From Anaeramoeba ignava BMAN (Eukaryota; Protista; Anaeramoebae), in NCBI GenBank assembly GCA_028826165.1, contig JAPDFW010000125.1, positions 620,001 to 684,000 on the forward strand: a DNA stretch of 64,000 nt, in the 5' to 3' direction. This document shows, piece after piece, positions 11,601 to 23,598 of the stretch. Within the stretch, counting starts at the first letter, position 1, and each line of letters starts with the position of its first letter. The notes beneath the pieces were generated by a model. It was not told where the DNA came from. It did no database searches and was given only the letters and a program-made list of their open reading frames with translations. The translations under genes were made by a program, and so were the position numbers.

Positions 11601-14498
11601 CTTGGGAAGGCACGAGTGGGATTTGTTCGTTATAAATTCGAGGAAATCAATTCTGTCAATAATACACCAAGATGGAGCATGTTGGAACCAGACAAGAAAT
11701 CGCCTGCATATAAATCAGAAAGAATACCTGGGTTTCTGCTTTATCGAATTGATGCAGGAAAAGCTACAACAATAGCAAAATATCCACGAGTAAAACTTTC
11801 TCAGCCTGTGACAAAAAAATACGAGTTTCGGGCGTATATCTACCAAGGAAAGGATCTCCCGCCTGCAGATAAAACAGGATTATCAGATCCATACTGTGTG
11901 GTTCGAATCGGGAAAACTGCCAAAAAGACCTCAAGAAAGGAGGAAACATTATATCCAACTTGGTACGAAATTGTCACCTTTCAAGTCGATCTTCCCGAGC
12001 CATTAAATCTCGCGCCTGATGTTGTTGTATTATGCTACGACTGGGATCAAATTGGCGGTGATGACTTCCTCGGAAGATTCTCTGTAAAGACCTCGCAACT
12101 TTCTAAGCGTTTCCCTCCAGCACCAAAATGGTACGACCTTTGGGTCGACGATCCTTCCATTATTTACGGCAGCGTTTTGGCTTCTTTTCAACTTGTTCCT
12201 GTCGAAGAAATCAGCGCTTATCCTCTCCCTAAATCAATTGCTCCTGAATTCAAAGACTGTCTTCTGCAAGTTTCTGTTGTTGGTTTGCGAGGATTGTTGC
12301 CGTTCAAAATGAGTAGAATAAAAGAACCTTATATTGAATTTGATCTCTCACAAGGAACAGTGCAAAAGGACAAGGAAAGGAAGAAATTCACCTTTACAAC
12401 CGAACCCTCTGCCGCACCCTCAGGATCAAATCCCAACCATCTTCAGGTTTTCCGCGCACCTGTCAAAATCCCTTTGAATCATATTTTTGCTTCATCTGTA
12501 ATGCTCCGTGTTTTCGATAAAAAGTCACTCGGAAAAAAAACAATTGCGACAGGCGCAATTTCTCTTGCTCAATTTATACCGTGGGCAAATGTTCCGTTAG
12601 AAAATGTCAATTTGCCCCCTATTGTGGACACTATACCCGGCGCTACAAAAGACGGAGAACCTCTTGATGAAGACACAGAAGAAGAGCAGAAGGAAATCAA
12701 AATCATTCCGGATGAAATTCCAATTAATATCGAAGAAGTTAATGAAGAATTTGAAGATGCAATTGTCTTCGATAACCGTCCAAGTGCCGGAGGATTTGTC
12801 GGAATGAGAACTATTCCTGATGTCGATCCGCAACGGCCCCAATTCAGTGATGATGACCCTCTCGAAATTGAAGATAACGAGGATGAAGATCCATTCAAAG
12901 ATCCGAAAAAAGGAAAGCCCAAATGTCAGCATGAACTCGAGCATGAATTGAAAGACATCCCATTTTTGGAGTACGAGCTTAGTAGAGGCAAAGTGCGCGG
13001 ATTAACGTTCTTTGAGAAGATGTTCCGCGACAAATCTCTGAATCCAAACACAAAAAGAGTTGTTGGAAAATTCAAGGGAAACTTTAAAATTTACGAGGAA
13101 ACAGATAAAGAAAAAATTGAAGCCGAACCGAATTTAAAAGATCTATTTCGGCCTAAGAGAATGGTAGTTCGGGCTTACATTCTGCGTGGGATGTCACTTG
13201 TTCCAAAAGATCCAAACGGAAGCAGCGATCCTTTTATTGTTGTTTCAACAGGAAAAGATGATGAGTTCAATTTTAGCGATCGAGAAAACTATCATCCAAA
13301 AACACTTCGTCCTGATTTCTACAAGTGTTATGAGTTGCCTTGTTTTATTCCAGGAAACTCTGAGTTGAAAATCTCTGTTTATGATTATGATAAAATTACT
13401 TCAGATGATCTTATCGGAGTGACAACTATAGATCTTGAAAACAGATGGTTCTGTGATGAGTGGAAGAATATGAATCCCAAGCCTATTGAATACCGCACAT
13501 TATGGGCACCAACTTCTCGCAACCCGCAGGGTAAGCTTGAGATGTGGATTGAGATCTTGACTGAAGAGGAAGCGCGCAACACACCGAAAACACCACTAGA
13601 GGCACCAAAACCTGAGTCTTTTGAGCTCAGAGCGGTTGCATGGAATACAAAGGATGTAGTGTTTAAAGACAAACGCATGAGCGATATTTTTATCACGTGT
13701 CAGCTGAATGAAGGCAAGAGGCAAAAAAGTGATATTCATTGGAGAAGTACTGATGGAAATGGCGCTTTTAATTGGAGATTTGTTTTTCCTTTACAGCTCC
13801 CTACTAGAGTCCCAAGATTCAAATTCCAACTTTGGGATCAAGATATTCTTAATCCTAATGATAGTATTGCTGAGGCTGTTCTTAATCTTCATTCTTTCTT
13901 TAAGAAAGCTTATAGGCTCAAATCTGAACAAAATATTAAAAAACAATGGATTGATATGTTTCATCCTAATTTTCAAGGTAAACAAGGTAGTTTGGAATTG
14001 CAAATTGATTTGTTGACTGAAGCTGAGGCTTTAGCTAAGCCTGTTGGGAAAGGAAGAAAGGAACCAAATGATCATCCTCATCTTGATCAACCTGTAAAAT
14101 ATTTAATTTTCAAATCAATTTCAATTTTCAAATTAATTTTAATTTTCAAATCAATTTTAATTTTCAAATCAATTTTAATTTTCAAATCAATTTTAATTTA
14201 TATTTTAATTTTCAAATCAATTTTCAAATCAATTTTAATTTCAATTTTAATTTTAATATTAATTTTAATTTTCAAATCAATTTTAATTTTAATTTTAATT
14301 TTCAAATCAATTTTAATTTTAATTTAAATTTTAATTTCAAAAAAGATTCGTCCTCTTTCAAGTATTGCTCCTTGGAGAGTAGATAAATGGTTCAAATTCG
14401 GTTGGAAAAAACATCGTGGAAAAGTTTTCTGTTGTCTTTGTTCTTGTTGTGTTTGCGCAATTATTATTATTATAGTTCTTGCTAAATTTGCTATTTAA
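8631..14498 (+). CDS. Ferlin (multi-C2, tail-anchored, no DysF seen; 1307 aa)
   Basis: Exons 8631-8728, 9719-9923, 10626-14093, 14346-14498 (3924 nt). C2 motifs [70 protein letters not shown], plus a C-terminal TM helix. Confidence 0.95.
8960..9710. repeat. Intronic ~35-nt minisatellite (AAATTAAATATTTAATATTTATATTATTAAATATC)n
   Basis: Unit starts at 9201, 9236, 9271; ferlin intron 1. Confidence 0.9.
9965..10600. repeat. Intronic (AAATAT)n microsatellite
   Basis: Ferlin intron 2. The same unit occurs in CAPZB intron 1 (25095-26100) and the RasGEF intron (32610-33010). Confidence 0.95.
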
Positions 14499-14991
14499 TC
14501 CAAAAACAAAACAAAACAAAACAAAACTTCAATTTTCCTTCTTCTTTTTCTTTTCAAAACATCAAAAATCATTCATTCCTTTTTTTTTCACTTTTTTTTT
14601 CACTTTTTTTTTCACTTTTTTTTTCACTTTCTTTTTTCTTTTTTATTTTTAATTTTTGAGTAAATCTTTTCAATTTTTACTTTAAAAATTAAAATCAAAA
14701 TCAAAATTAAATTTTAAATCTAAATCAAATTTTAAATCAAAATCAAAATCAAAATTAAAATCAAAATTAAATATTAAATTAAACATGGAAACTAAACTTG
14801 ATCTTTTTGTTCCATAATTAATTTTTCTCCTTTTAAATTTAATTTTGTTTTTGTTTACTTTAATTTTTTCTCCTTTTAAATCTTTGCTTTTTTTTTGATT
14901 GGATTAAATTAAATTAAATTAAAATCAATTAAAATCAATTTATCTTGATTTTTATTTTTGTCTCTCTTTTTTTTTTGGTTTGTTTGACCAA

Positions 14992-17038
14992 ATGAAACTC
15001 TTAACAACTTTTTTATTTTTAGTTATTTTATTGAGCTTTTCTTTTGCATCTTTTTTTTCCCATAATTGTGGTGAAGATACAGACCCAATGGTTGTTCAAT
15101 ACTATGATTTTCCAGATGATTTCCTTCGGATTGATCAACCTCTTACTTTTTCATTTAATTATTCACTTGCCCCTGGTTCATCTATGCAACAAGGTTCAAC
15201 AGTTACATTCACAGTAAATAAGAGATTCTTAAATTAATTTTTTTTTTTGACTTATTTTTTTTCTTTTTGTAAACCAATAGATTTGGTATCAAGATTTTAC
15301 TGGAGATCCTTGGATGGTAATTCCTGCTGACGTTTGTTCAATTTCTAATCAAGTTAAGTGCCCAGTTTTACCTGGTAATTATACTTGGGAAGAAACAAAT
15401 TTTCAGTAAGTTTTTCTTCACCGTTTCAAATTAAATTAAATCAAATCAAATTAAATCAAATCAAATCAAATCAAATTAAATCAAATCGAATTCAAATCAA
15501 ATCAAATTAAATTAAATTAAATCAAATCAAATTAAATCAAATTAAATCAAATTAAATCAAATTCAAATCAAATCAAATTAAATTAAATCAAATTAAATCA
15601 AATTAAATCAAATTAAATCAAATTAAATCAAATTAAATCAAATTAAATCAAATTAAATTAAATTAAATTTTTTGATTGATATTTTTCTTTCTTCTTTTCT
15701 TTCTCAATTTTTTATCCTTTATTCTAATTTAGAGTTCCTGACTTCCCTTTAGGACAATGGAAAGCTCAAATTCTTATCACTAATTCCACAACCCGTTTTA
15801 TTTGCAATGAAATTTATTTTACTACAAATAACGGATCATCTCCTTATCCTCCAAGTTGTGAATTTAATTCTTCTTATGAATTCAAAACATTCTTACCAGA
15901 ATCAAATGTTCATTTCGAAAATTCTGATGTTACTAATCGACAGATGGGCGATTGGCTACAAGTAAAATTTATCCTATTCTATTCTTTTGATTTTCCTTTA
16001 TTCCTTTATTCATTCTTTCTTTTTCTATTTTTTAGATAGGTTCTTTAGGAAGTTGGGGAAATTGGGATAATATTTCTTTTACATCAATGACTGAAACTCC
16101 AGATAGTATTTTCTTTTTCTATTAATATTATTAATCTTTTTATTTATATTTTTATTTATATTGTTATTTTGATAGATTCCTTTGGAAACACTTTAAATGC
16201 CTCTCAATTTTTGTGGGCTGTAAATGCTACAATTTCAGAAATTCTTACTGACTCCACTTATTATGCTTATCAATATTCAGGAAATTTTTGGATTGGAAGT
16301 GTAGAATTAGATATGAATTCATGGAGATTTCCATTTATTAAAGGGGATATTGTTTTCGTTGAAAAATATTTGAAATCAAATTTAGCATTATCATCTCTTT
16401 TAGGAAAAGTTGATGTAATTCCAGCTTCTTCTTTCCCAATTGGTTTGTTATTGATTTCTATTTCTATTTCTAATTCTATTTCTAATTCTAATTCTAATTC
16501 TATTTCTATTTCTATTTCTATTTCTATTTCTATTTCTATTTCTATTTCTATTTCTATTTCTATTTCTATTTGAATCTAATCACTTTTTTTATTTTTTAAT
16601 TTAAAATAGGTTGGGATGGTCCTGTTTTATTTGGTAGACTTAATCCAGGAAAAGTAACAATCGATATTGGAACCAGAATTTTAACAATTTCAAAAAGTGG
16701 AATTCTTTGTCAATGCCCAGTTGATGTATGTGGAGTTTGTGGTGGAGGTAAAATTAATATCAAATTCAAAATAATTCAAAATTCAAAATAATTCAAAATT
16801 CAAATTCTTTTGTGATTTTATAGATGGTTCAACTTGTCAAACATCTACTTCAAAATCTAAGACAGGAATTATTGCTGCTTCTGTTGTTGTTCCTGTTGTT
16901 GTTATTTCGGTGCTTATTATTGTATTTGTTATTTATCCAAAACGCAAAGCTAAAAAGAAAATGGCAGATGATATCATGAATCCAAATCTTTCTTCACAAA
17001 AATCAGGCAATTGGACACAAATTGCGGATATCAATTAG
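14992..17038 (+). CDS. Type I membrane protein: signal peptide, ML (MD-2/NPC2-like) domain, unknown domain, DxCGVCGGDGSTC motif, TM (421 aa)
   Basis: Exons 14992-15213, 15281-15405, 15733-15961, 16036-16105, 16176-16442, 16610-16747, 16824-17038 (1266 nt). ML-like Cys pattern NCG..DVC..KCPVLPGNY..FIC; TM IIAASVVVPVVVISVLIIVFVIY followed by a basic stop-transfer segment. Confidence 0.75.
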
Positions 17039-17249
17039 CAGAAAAGAAATCAACACTTTTCTTTTATTTTCTTTTATTTTCTTTCCTTTTTTGAGTTTAA
17101 AAAATTTTGGAAAATTCATCATTTCGAAAAGGAAATTCACAAGAAATAAAAAATTCTCAATCAATTAATCAATAAATTTTTATCAACAATTTCATATAAA
17201 TATTTTTATTGAAATAGATCTTTTAAAGAAATTAAACACAACTGAAAGA

Positions 17250-18820
17250 AATTTATATTTAATAAATAAAATATTTTGATTAATTTATTTTAATAATTTT
17301 AAATAATAATTATTAATTTTAAATTTATAAATTATTTTAAAATAATATTTATAATAAATTTATAATTAAATATTAATTCAAACATATTTAAAAATATTTA
17401 TATTTAATAAATAAAATATTTTAATTAATTTATTATAATAATTTTAAATAATAATAATTAATTTTAAATTTATAAATTATTTTAAAATTATATTTATAAT
17501 AAATTTATAATTAAATATTAAATTCAAATATAACCAAAAATATTTATATTTAATAAATAAAATATTTTTAATTAATTTATTATAATAATTTTAATTAATA
17601 ATAATTAATTTTAAATTTATAAAATTATTTTAAAATAATATTTATAATAAATTTTTTAAATTTATTTAAATATATTTAAAAATATTGATATTTAATAAAT
17701 AAAAATATTTTAATTAATTTATTATAATAATTTTAAATAATAATAATTAATTTTAAATTTATAAATTATTTTAAAATAATATTTATAATAAATTTTTATA
17801 ATTAAATATTAATTCAAATATAATTAAAAATATTGATATTTAATAAATAAAATATTTTAATTAATTTATTATAATAATTTTAAATAATAATAATTAATTT
17901 TTAAATTTATAAATTATTTTAAAATAATATTTATAATAAATTTATAATTAAATATTAATTCAAACATATTCAAAAATATTTATATTTAATAAATAAAATA
18001 TTTTAATTAATTTATTTTAATAATTTTAAATAATAATAATTAATTTTTAAATTTATAAATTATTTCAAAATAATATTTATAATAAATTTATAATTAAATA
18101 TTAATTCAAACATAATTAAAAATATTTATATTTAATAAATAAAATATTTTAATTAATTTATTATAATAATTTTAAATAATAATAATTAATTTTAAATTTA
18201 TAAATTATTTTAAAATTATATTTATAATAAATTTATAATTAAATATTAACTCAAATATAATTAAAAATATTTAATAAATAAAATATTTTAATTAATTTAT
18301 TATAATAATTTTAAATAATAATAATTAATTATAAATTTATAAATTATTTTAAAATTATATTTATAATAAAATTATAATTAAATATTAATTTAAATATAAT
18401 TAAAAATGTTGATATTTAATAAATAAAATATTTTAACTATAATAATTTTAAATAATAATAAATAATTTTAAATTTATAAATTATTTAAAATAATATTTTA
18501 ATAAATTTATAATTAAATATTAATTTAAAATATATTTAAAAATATTTATATTTAATAAATAAAATATTTTAATTAATTTATTTTAATAATTTTAAATAAT
18601 TAATTAATTTTAAATTTATAAATTATTTTGAAATAATATTTATAATAAATTTATAATCAAATATTAATTCAAATATATTTAAAAATATTAATATTTAATA
18701 AATAAAATATTTTAATTAATTTATTATAATAATTTTAAATAATAATAATTAATTTTAAATTTATAAATTATTTTAAAATAATATTTATAATAAATTTATA
18801 ATTAAATATTAATTCAAACA
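17250..18820. repeat. Intergenic tandem repeat, ~145-nt unit, ~11 copies, almost pure A/T
   Basis: The block ATTTATATTTAATAAATAAAATATTTT (with minor variants) recurs at about 17251, 17396, 17542, 17685, 17832, 17977, 18124, 18268, 18408, 18544, 18686. Confidence 0.9.
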
Positions 18821-19031
18821 TGACATTGAAAAAAGAAAAAAAAAAGAAAATTTTTTAATTAAAAAAAAAAAAGCAAAAAAAAAAAATTTATTTAATTAAA
18901 AGAAAGAAAGAAAAAGCAAAAATTTTTGCTCTTTTTTTGTTTTATTTTTTTTTATTTATAAAAAAAATTTTTTTTTTTTAAATTTTTTTTCATTTTTTTT
19001 CAATTGAAAATAATAATAACAAAAACAAAAA

Positions 19032-20410
19032 ATGACTGAAAATAAAGCTGATCCAAAACTTCAAGAACAAATTAAGCAATTCAAAGCAAATCAACTTAAA
19101 CATGCTAAAACTAAAGAAACAAACCAACCAATAAATGGTAAAAAAAACACAAAATTTATTTTAAACTGTTTTTCCTATTTTTTTTTTTTAATTAAAAAAA
19201 AATCAATCAAAAAAAAAAATTAAAAATAGAAATCAAACTTAAGGAAGATATTAAGAAATTTGATGCAACTCATTTAAAACACACTGAAGTTAAAGAAAAA
19301 AACCCACAACTTCAAGGTAAATTAAAATTCATTTATAAAATTCAATTAAAAATTATATTAAAAAAAATCAATCAAAAAAAAAAAATTAAAAATAGAAATC
19401 AAACTTAAGGAAGATATTAAGAAATTTGATGCAACTCATTTAAAACATGCTGAAGTTAAAGAAAAAAATCCACAACTTGAAGGTAAATTAAATTGAGAAA
19501 AAAAAATTTCAATCAAAATGAGATCTAATTAAAATTTAAAAATTTCAAATTAAAAATTATATTAAAAATAGAAATGAAACTTAAGGAAGATATTAAGAAA
19601 TTTGATGCAACTCATTTAAAACATGCTGAAGTTAAAGAAAAAAATCCACAACTTCAAGGTAAATTAAAATTCATTTATAAAATTCAATTAAAAATTATAT
19701 TAAAAAAAATCAATCAAAAAAAAAATTAAAAATAGAAATGAAACTTAAAGAAGATATTAAGAAATTTGATGCAACTCATTTAAAACATGCTGAAGTTAAA
19801 GAAAAAAACCCACAACTTGAAGGTAAATTAAAATTAAAATTAAAATTCATTTATAAAAATAAAATTAAAATTCATTTATAAAATTAAAATTAAAATTAAA
19901 ATTAAAATTAAAATTAAAATTAAAATTAAAATTAAAATTAAAATTAAAATTAAAATTAAAATTAAAATTAAAATTAAAATTAAAATTAAAATTAAAATTA
20001 AAATTAAAATTAAATTTAAAATTAAAATTAAAAATAAAATTAAAATTAAAAATTAAAAATAGAAATGAAACTTAAGGAAGATATTAAGAAATTTGATGCA
20101 ACTCATTTAAAACATGCTGAAGTTCAAGAGAAAAAACCAATCAGTAAAATTATCCAAATTTTATAAAATATTATTCAAAAAATTAATTAATTAATTAATT
20201 TAAAAAAAAAAAGGTTTGAAAACAATTTTTGATGGAATTGATAAGAATAAAAATGGATTCCTCGAATTCTCTGAAATCAAATTGTATGCAAATGATTTAT
20301 TTGGAAAAGAAGCTACTGATGAAGAAGCCAAACAATTATTTGATGAAATGGATGGAAACAAAGATGGCAAGATTACTTTTGAAGAATTCAAAAATTGGAT
20401 GGAAAAATAA
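19032..20410 (+). CDS. Six beta-thymosin/WH2 repeats fused to a C-terminal EF-hand pair (243 aa)
   Basis: Exons 19032-19137, 19230-19316, 19396-19482, 19572-19658, 19736-19822, 20063-20143, 20214-20410 (732 nt, all introns phase 1). Repeat EDIKKFDATHLKHAEVKEKNPQL; EF loops DKNKNGFLEFSE and DGNKDGKITFEE. Confidence 0.88.
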
Positions 20411-20763
20411 TTCCAAAATTTTAATCCAAAATTTAATCCAAATTTCTTTTTCTTTTTTTCATTTGATTTGATTTTCTCAATTTGATTTTTTTTCCATTCT
20501 TTTCATTTTTTTTTTTTGATTGGTTTTTAGGAAACAAAATAATTCAATTCAAAATAATTCAATTCAATTCAATTCAATTCAACAAAAACAAAAATGAATG
20601 AAAGAAATTTTTACCAAAAAAAAAACAAAAACAATTTTTTAATTTTATTTTTTTTTAAAACAATTTATTTTTATTTTAATTATAAATTCTCTTTTAAAAA
20701 AAAAGGAAAAATCTATCAAAAAGAAAAGAAAAGAAAAGAAAAGAAAAGAAAAGAAATGAAAAA

Positions 20764-22457
20764 CTAATTGCTTAAAGAATTTTGGAAATTATTATCATTA
20801 ATTGAATAAGAAAATTCAGGAAATAAAAGAAAATCATTTTGTAAATCATTTTGTAAATTTTTTTCATCTTTAAAAATTTGATTTGGAAAGGAAATATCAA
20901 TATCTAAATCATTTTCTTCATTCTATTTTAAATATAATAAAGAATAAAGAATAAAGAATAAAGAATAAAGAATAAATATTCAAAAATTAAAATATTATTG
21001 TTTTAAAAGTTTAATAATTTACAAATGGTTTAATTTGTGATTGATATTTTTTATGATAAACTTTATTCCAATCTAATCCTTCAAAAAAAGGATGATTTTT
21101 AATATTTTTTTGATAATTTTCAGAAAAACTTAATCTTTTATCTGGATCAATAATTAATAACTAAATAAAAAGAAAATTTGGAAAAAAAGCAAAAAAAAAA
21201 AGAATGAATAAAATTCTTTTTCTTTTTTTTTCTTTCTTTTTTTTTGGATTTAAATTAAATAAAGTACATTTTCAATTAATGATTTTAATTCATTTGAAGC
21301 AGGAGATGAAAATGAAAATTTTCCTTTCAATATTTTTTTAAAGATATTATCTTGATTATCTGAATAAAAAGGTGGCTTTTTTATAAATAAAAAATAAAAT
21401 AAATTAAAATAAAATAAATTAAATAAAATAAAATAAAATAAAATAAAATAAAATACTGTTTTATGGATTAATTCATAAATCAAACAGCCTAAACTCCAAA
21501 AATCAATTTGAAATCCTTGTTCTTTACCAAGTAACATTTCAGGAGCTTTTTTTTTTATTGAAAATAGAAAGAATTAAATTTAATTATTTTTTAAAAATGA
21601 TTTGATTTTATTTGATTTGATTTTATTTGATTTAATTTAATTTTTACCCATATATTCAATAGTTCCACAAAAAGTATTTGATTTTGAATTTTTTTCTTTA
21701 GCAAACCCAAAATCAATTAAATATATATGACCTAATTTAAAATAATTGAATTAAAATTAAATAATTTAAAATAATTGAATTAAAATTAAATAATTTAAAA
21801 TAATTGAATTAAAATTAATACCTGAATTATCAAGTAAAACATTTTCTGGTTTTAAATCACTATTTTTAAAATTTATATAAAAAAATAAAAATTAAAATTC
21901 ATTTAGAAAAATTAAAATTCATTTTGAAAATTAAAATTCATTTAGAAAATTAAAATTCATTTAGAAAAATTAAAATTCATTTAAAAATTAAAATTCATTT
22001 AGAAAATTATTAATTACCGATAAATTATTCCTTTTGAATGAATATATTCTAAAGCTAAAATAATTTCAGCAGAAATTAATCTAATTTGATCTTCACTAAA
22101 AAAATCAATAAAATTCATTTGATGATATAATTCACCACCAGAAATATATTGCATAATAAGAAATAAATCATTATTTGTTTGAAATGAACATTCAAGTTTA
22201 ACAACAAAAGGATGATTTAAATTTGATAATATTTTATTTTCTAAATTTGCATGATTAACTTGTGATTCTTGAATTAATTTTTTTTTATTTAAAATTTTCA
22301 TTGCAAATTCTTTTTTTATATCTTTTTTTTCAACTAAATAAACTGATCCAAATTTACCAACTCCAATTTTCTTTTTAATATTAAAATCATTAATTGTAAT
22401 TTGTTTTATTTTATTTTTTTGTGGAATTTTAGTTTTTTTGGATAACCGACAACCCAT
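20764..22457 (-). CDS. AGC-family Ser/Thr kinase (S6K/PKB-like, no PH domain; 351 aa)
   Basis: Exons 22457-22018, 21859-21822, 21731-21648, 21545-21457, 21375-21268, 21160-21023, 20922-20764. Motifs GVGKFG, AMK, YRDLKPEN, DFG, TFCGTIEYMAPE, hydrophobic motif FPEFSY; N-terminal MGCRLS acylation-like start. Confidence 0.93.
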
Positions 22458-22626
22458 TTTTTAAATAAATAATTTTCTAAATTTAAAATTTAAACAAAAA
22501 AAAGCAAAAAAAATATAAAAGGAAAAAAATAAAAAAATAAAAATAAAAAAATAAAAAAATAATTATTTTTTTTTTTGCTTTTTTTGTTTTAATTAAAAAA
22601 TAATTATTAATAATTTTTATTTCAAA
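22458..22626. promoter_or_regulatory. Bidirectional promoter (AGC kinase / XRCC2) with an inverted motif pair
   Basis: 169 nt between divergent ATGs. AAACAAAAAAAAGCAAAAAAAA at ~22492-22513 and its near reverse complement at ~22569-22590. Confidence 0.55.
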
Positions 22627-23598
22627 ATGATTAAAAATTTAATTCCAAAAACAAATATTTTAGAATTAAATAATAAATGGAAACAAAAACAAAAATTTAA
22701 TTCAGGAATTTCTTTTTTAGATTCAAATTCAAAATTTCAAATTTTTAAAGGAGAAATTATTCAAATTATTGGGAAGCATGAAACTGGAAAAACTAGTTTA
22801 TTAATTAAAATTATTGCTCAATGCATTCTTCCCATTGAATTATCTGGAAATGAATTTAATGTCTGTTTATTTGATAATAACTTTTCTTTCAATATAAATC
22901 AACTTGCTAAAATTGTATCTTATTTAAAAATTAAAAATTTGAATTAAAAAATTTATTTTAATCTTTTTTATTAAAAGTTATTAAAAAGAATTTCTATTAA
23001 ATTCACAAATCAAGAAGAAATCAACCAAATATTACTTAAATCTTTGGAACGTCTTTATATTTATCAATGCAAAGATATTCTTGAATTAATTATAAATTTA
23101 AAATGGGTTGTTTCTTTAAGTAAAAGACAACAAAAATTGAATTCCAAATCAACAATTCAAGCAATTTTTATTGATGATATAACAAGTCATTTTTTGGAAT
23201 TTAAAGAAGAATTACCTCAAAATATTTTCAATAGAAGAATAACTCAAGATTTAGAAGTTCTTTCTAATGATTTGAAAATTACAATTTTTATTGTTCAAAC
23301 AATTATTTATCAATCCAAAACAATCGAGTATCAAAATCAACAATTAAATGAAAATATTACACAAAAAACTGAAAGAATTCGAAAAATGTTACAATCAAAT
23401 TCGAATTTAGAAACACAATGGGATTATTTAATTAAAATTAATATTGTTCTTGAAAAATTATTCATTTCTGAACAAGAAAATTCTCAAACTGATTCAACTA
23501 TTCGAGAAATTGGTTTGATTTCAATTCTTTCAAATCTTGGTTATTTTATGGATTTTAGTTTTAGAATTGATTCTCAAGAAATGATATTTGATTTATAG
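22627..23598 (+). CDS. XRCC2: RAD51 paralogue, XRCC2-like (302 aa)
   Basis: Exons 22627-22914, 22978-23598. Walker A GKHETGKT, CILPIELSG, Walker B AIFIDDI. Confidence 0.75.

Noticed and set aside
11357-14016. Short antisense or alternative-frame ORFs inside ferlin (and inside ABCF3 at 51578-53032)
   Set aside because: Shadows of more GC-rich coding sequence with no recognisable motifs.
17250-18820. CRISPR-like array
   Set aside because: Head-to-tail repeats with no unique spacers, eukaryotic context and no cas genes.
19230-20143. Regularly interspaced 87-nt repeats resembling a repeat-spacer array
   Set aside because: Each repeat is an AG/GT-bounded coding exon and the spacers are introns.
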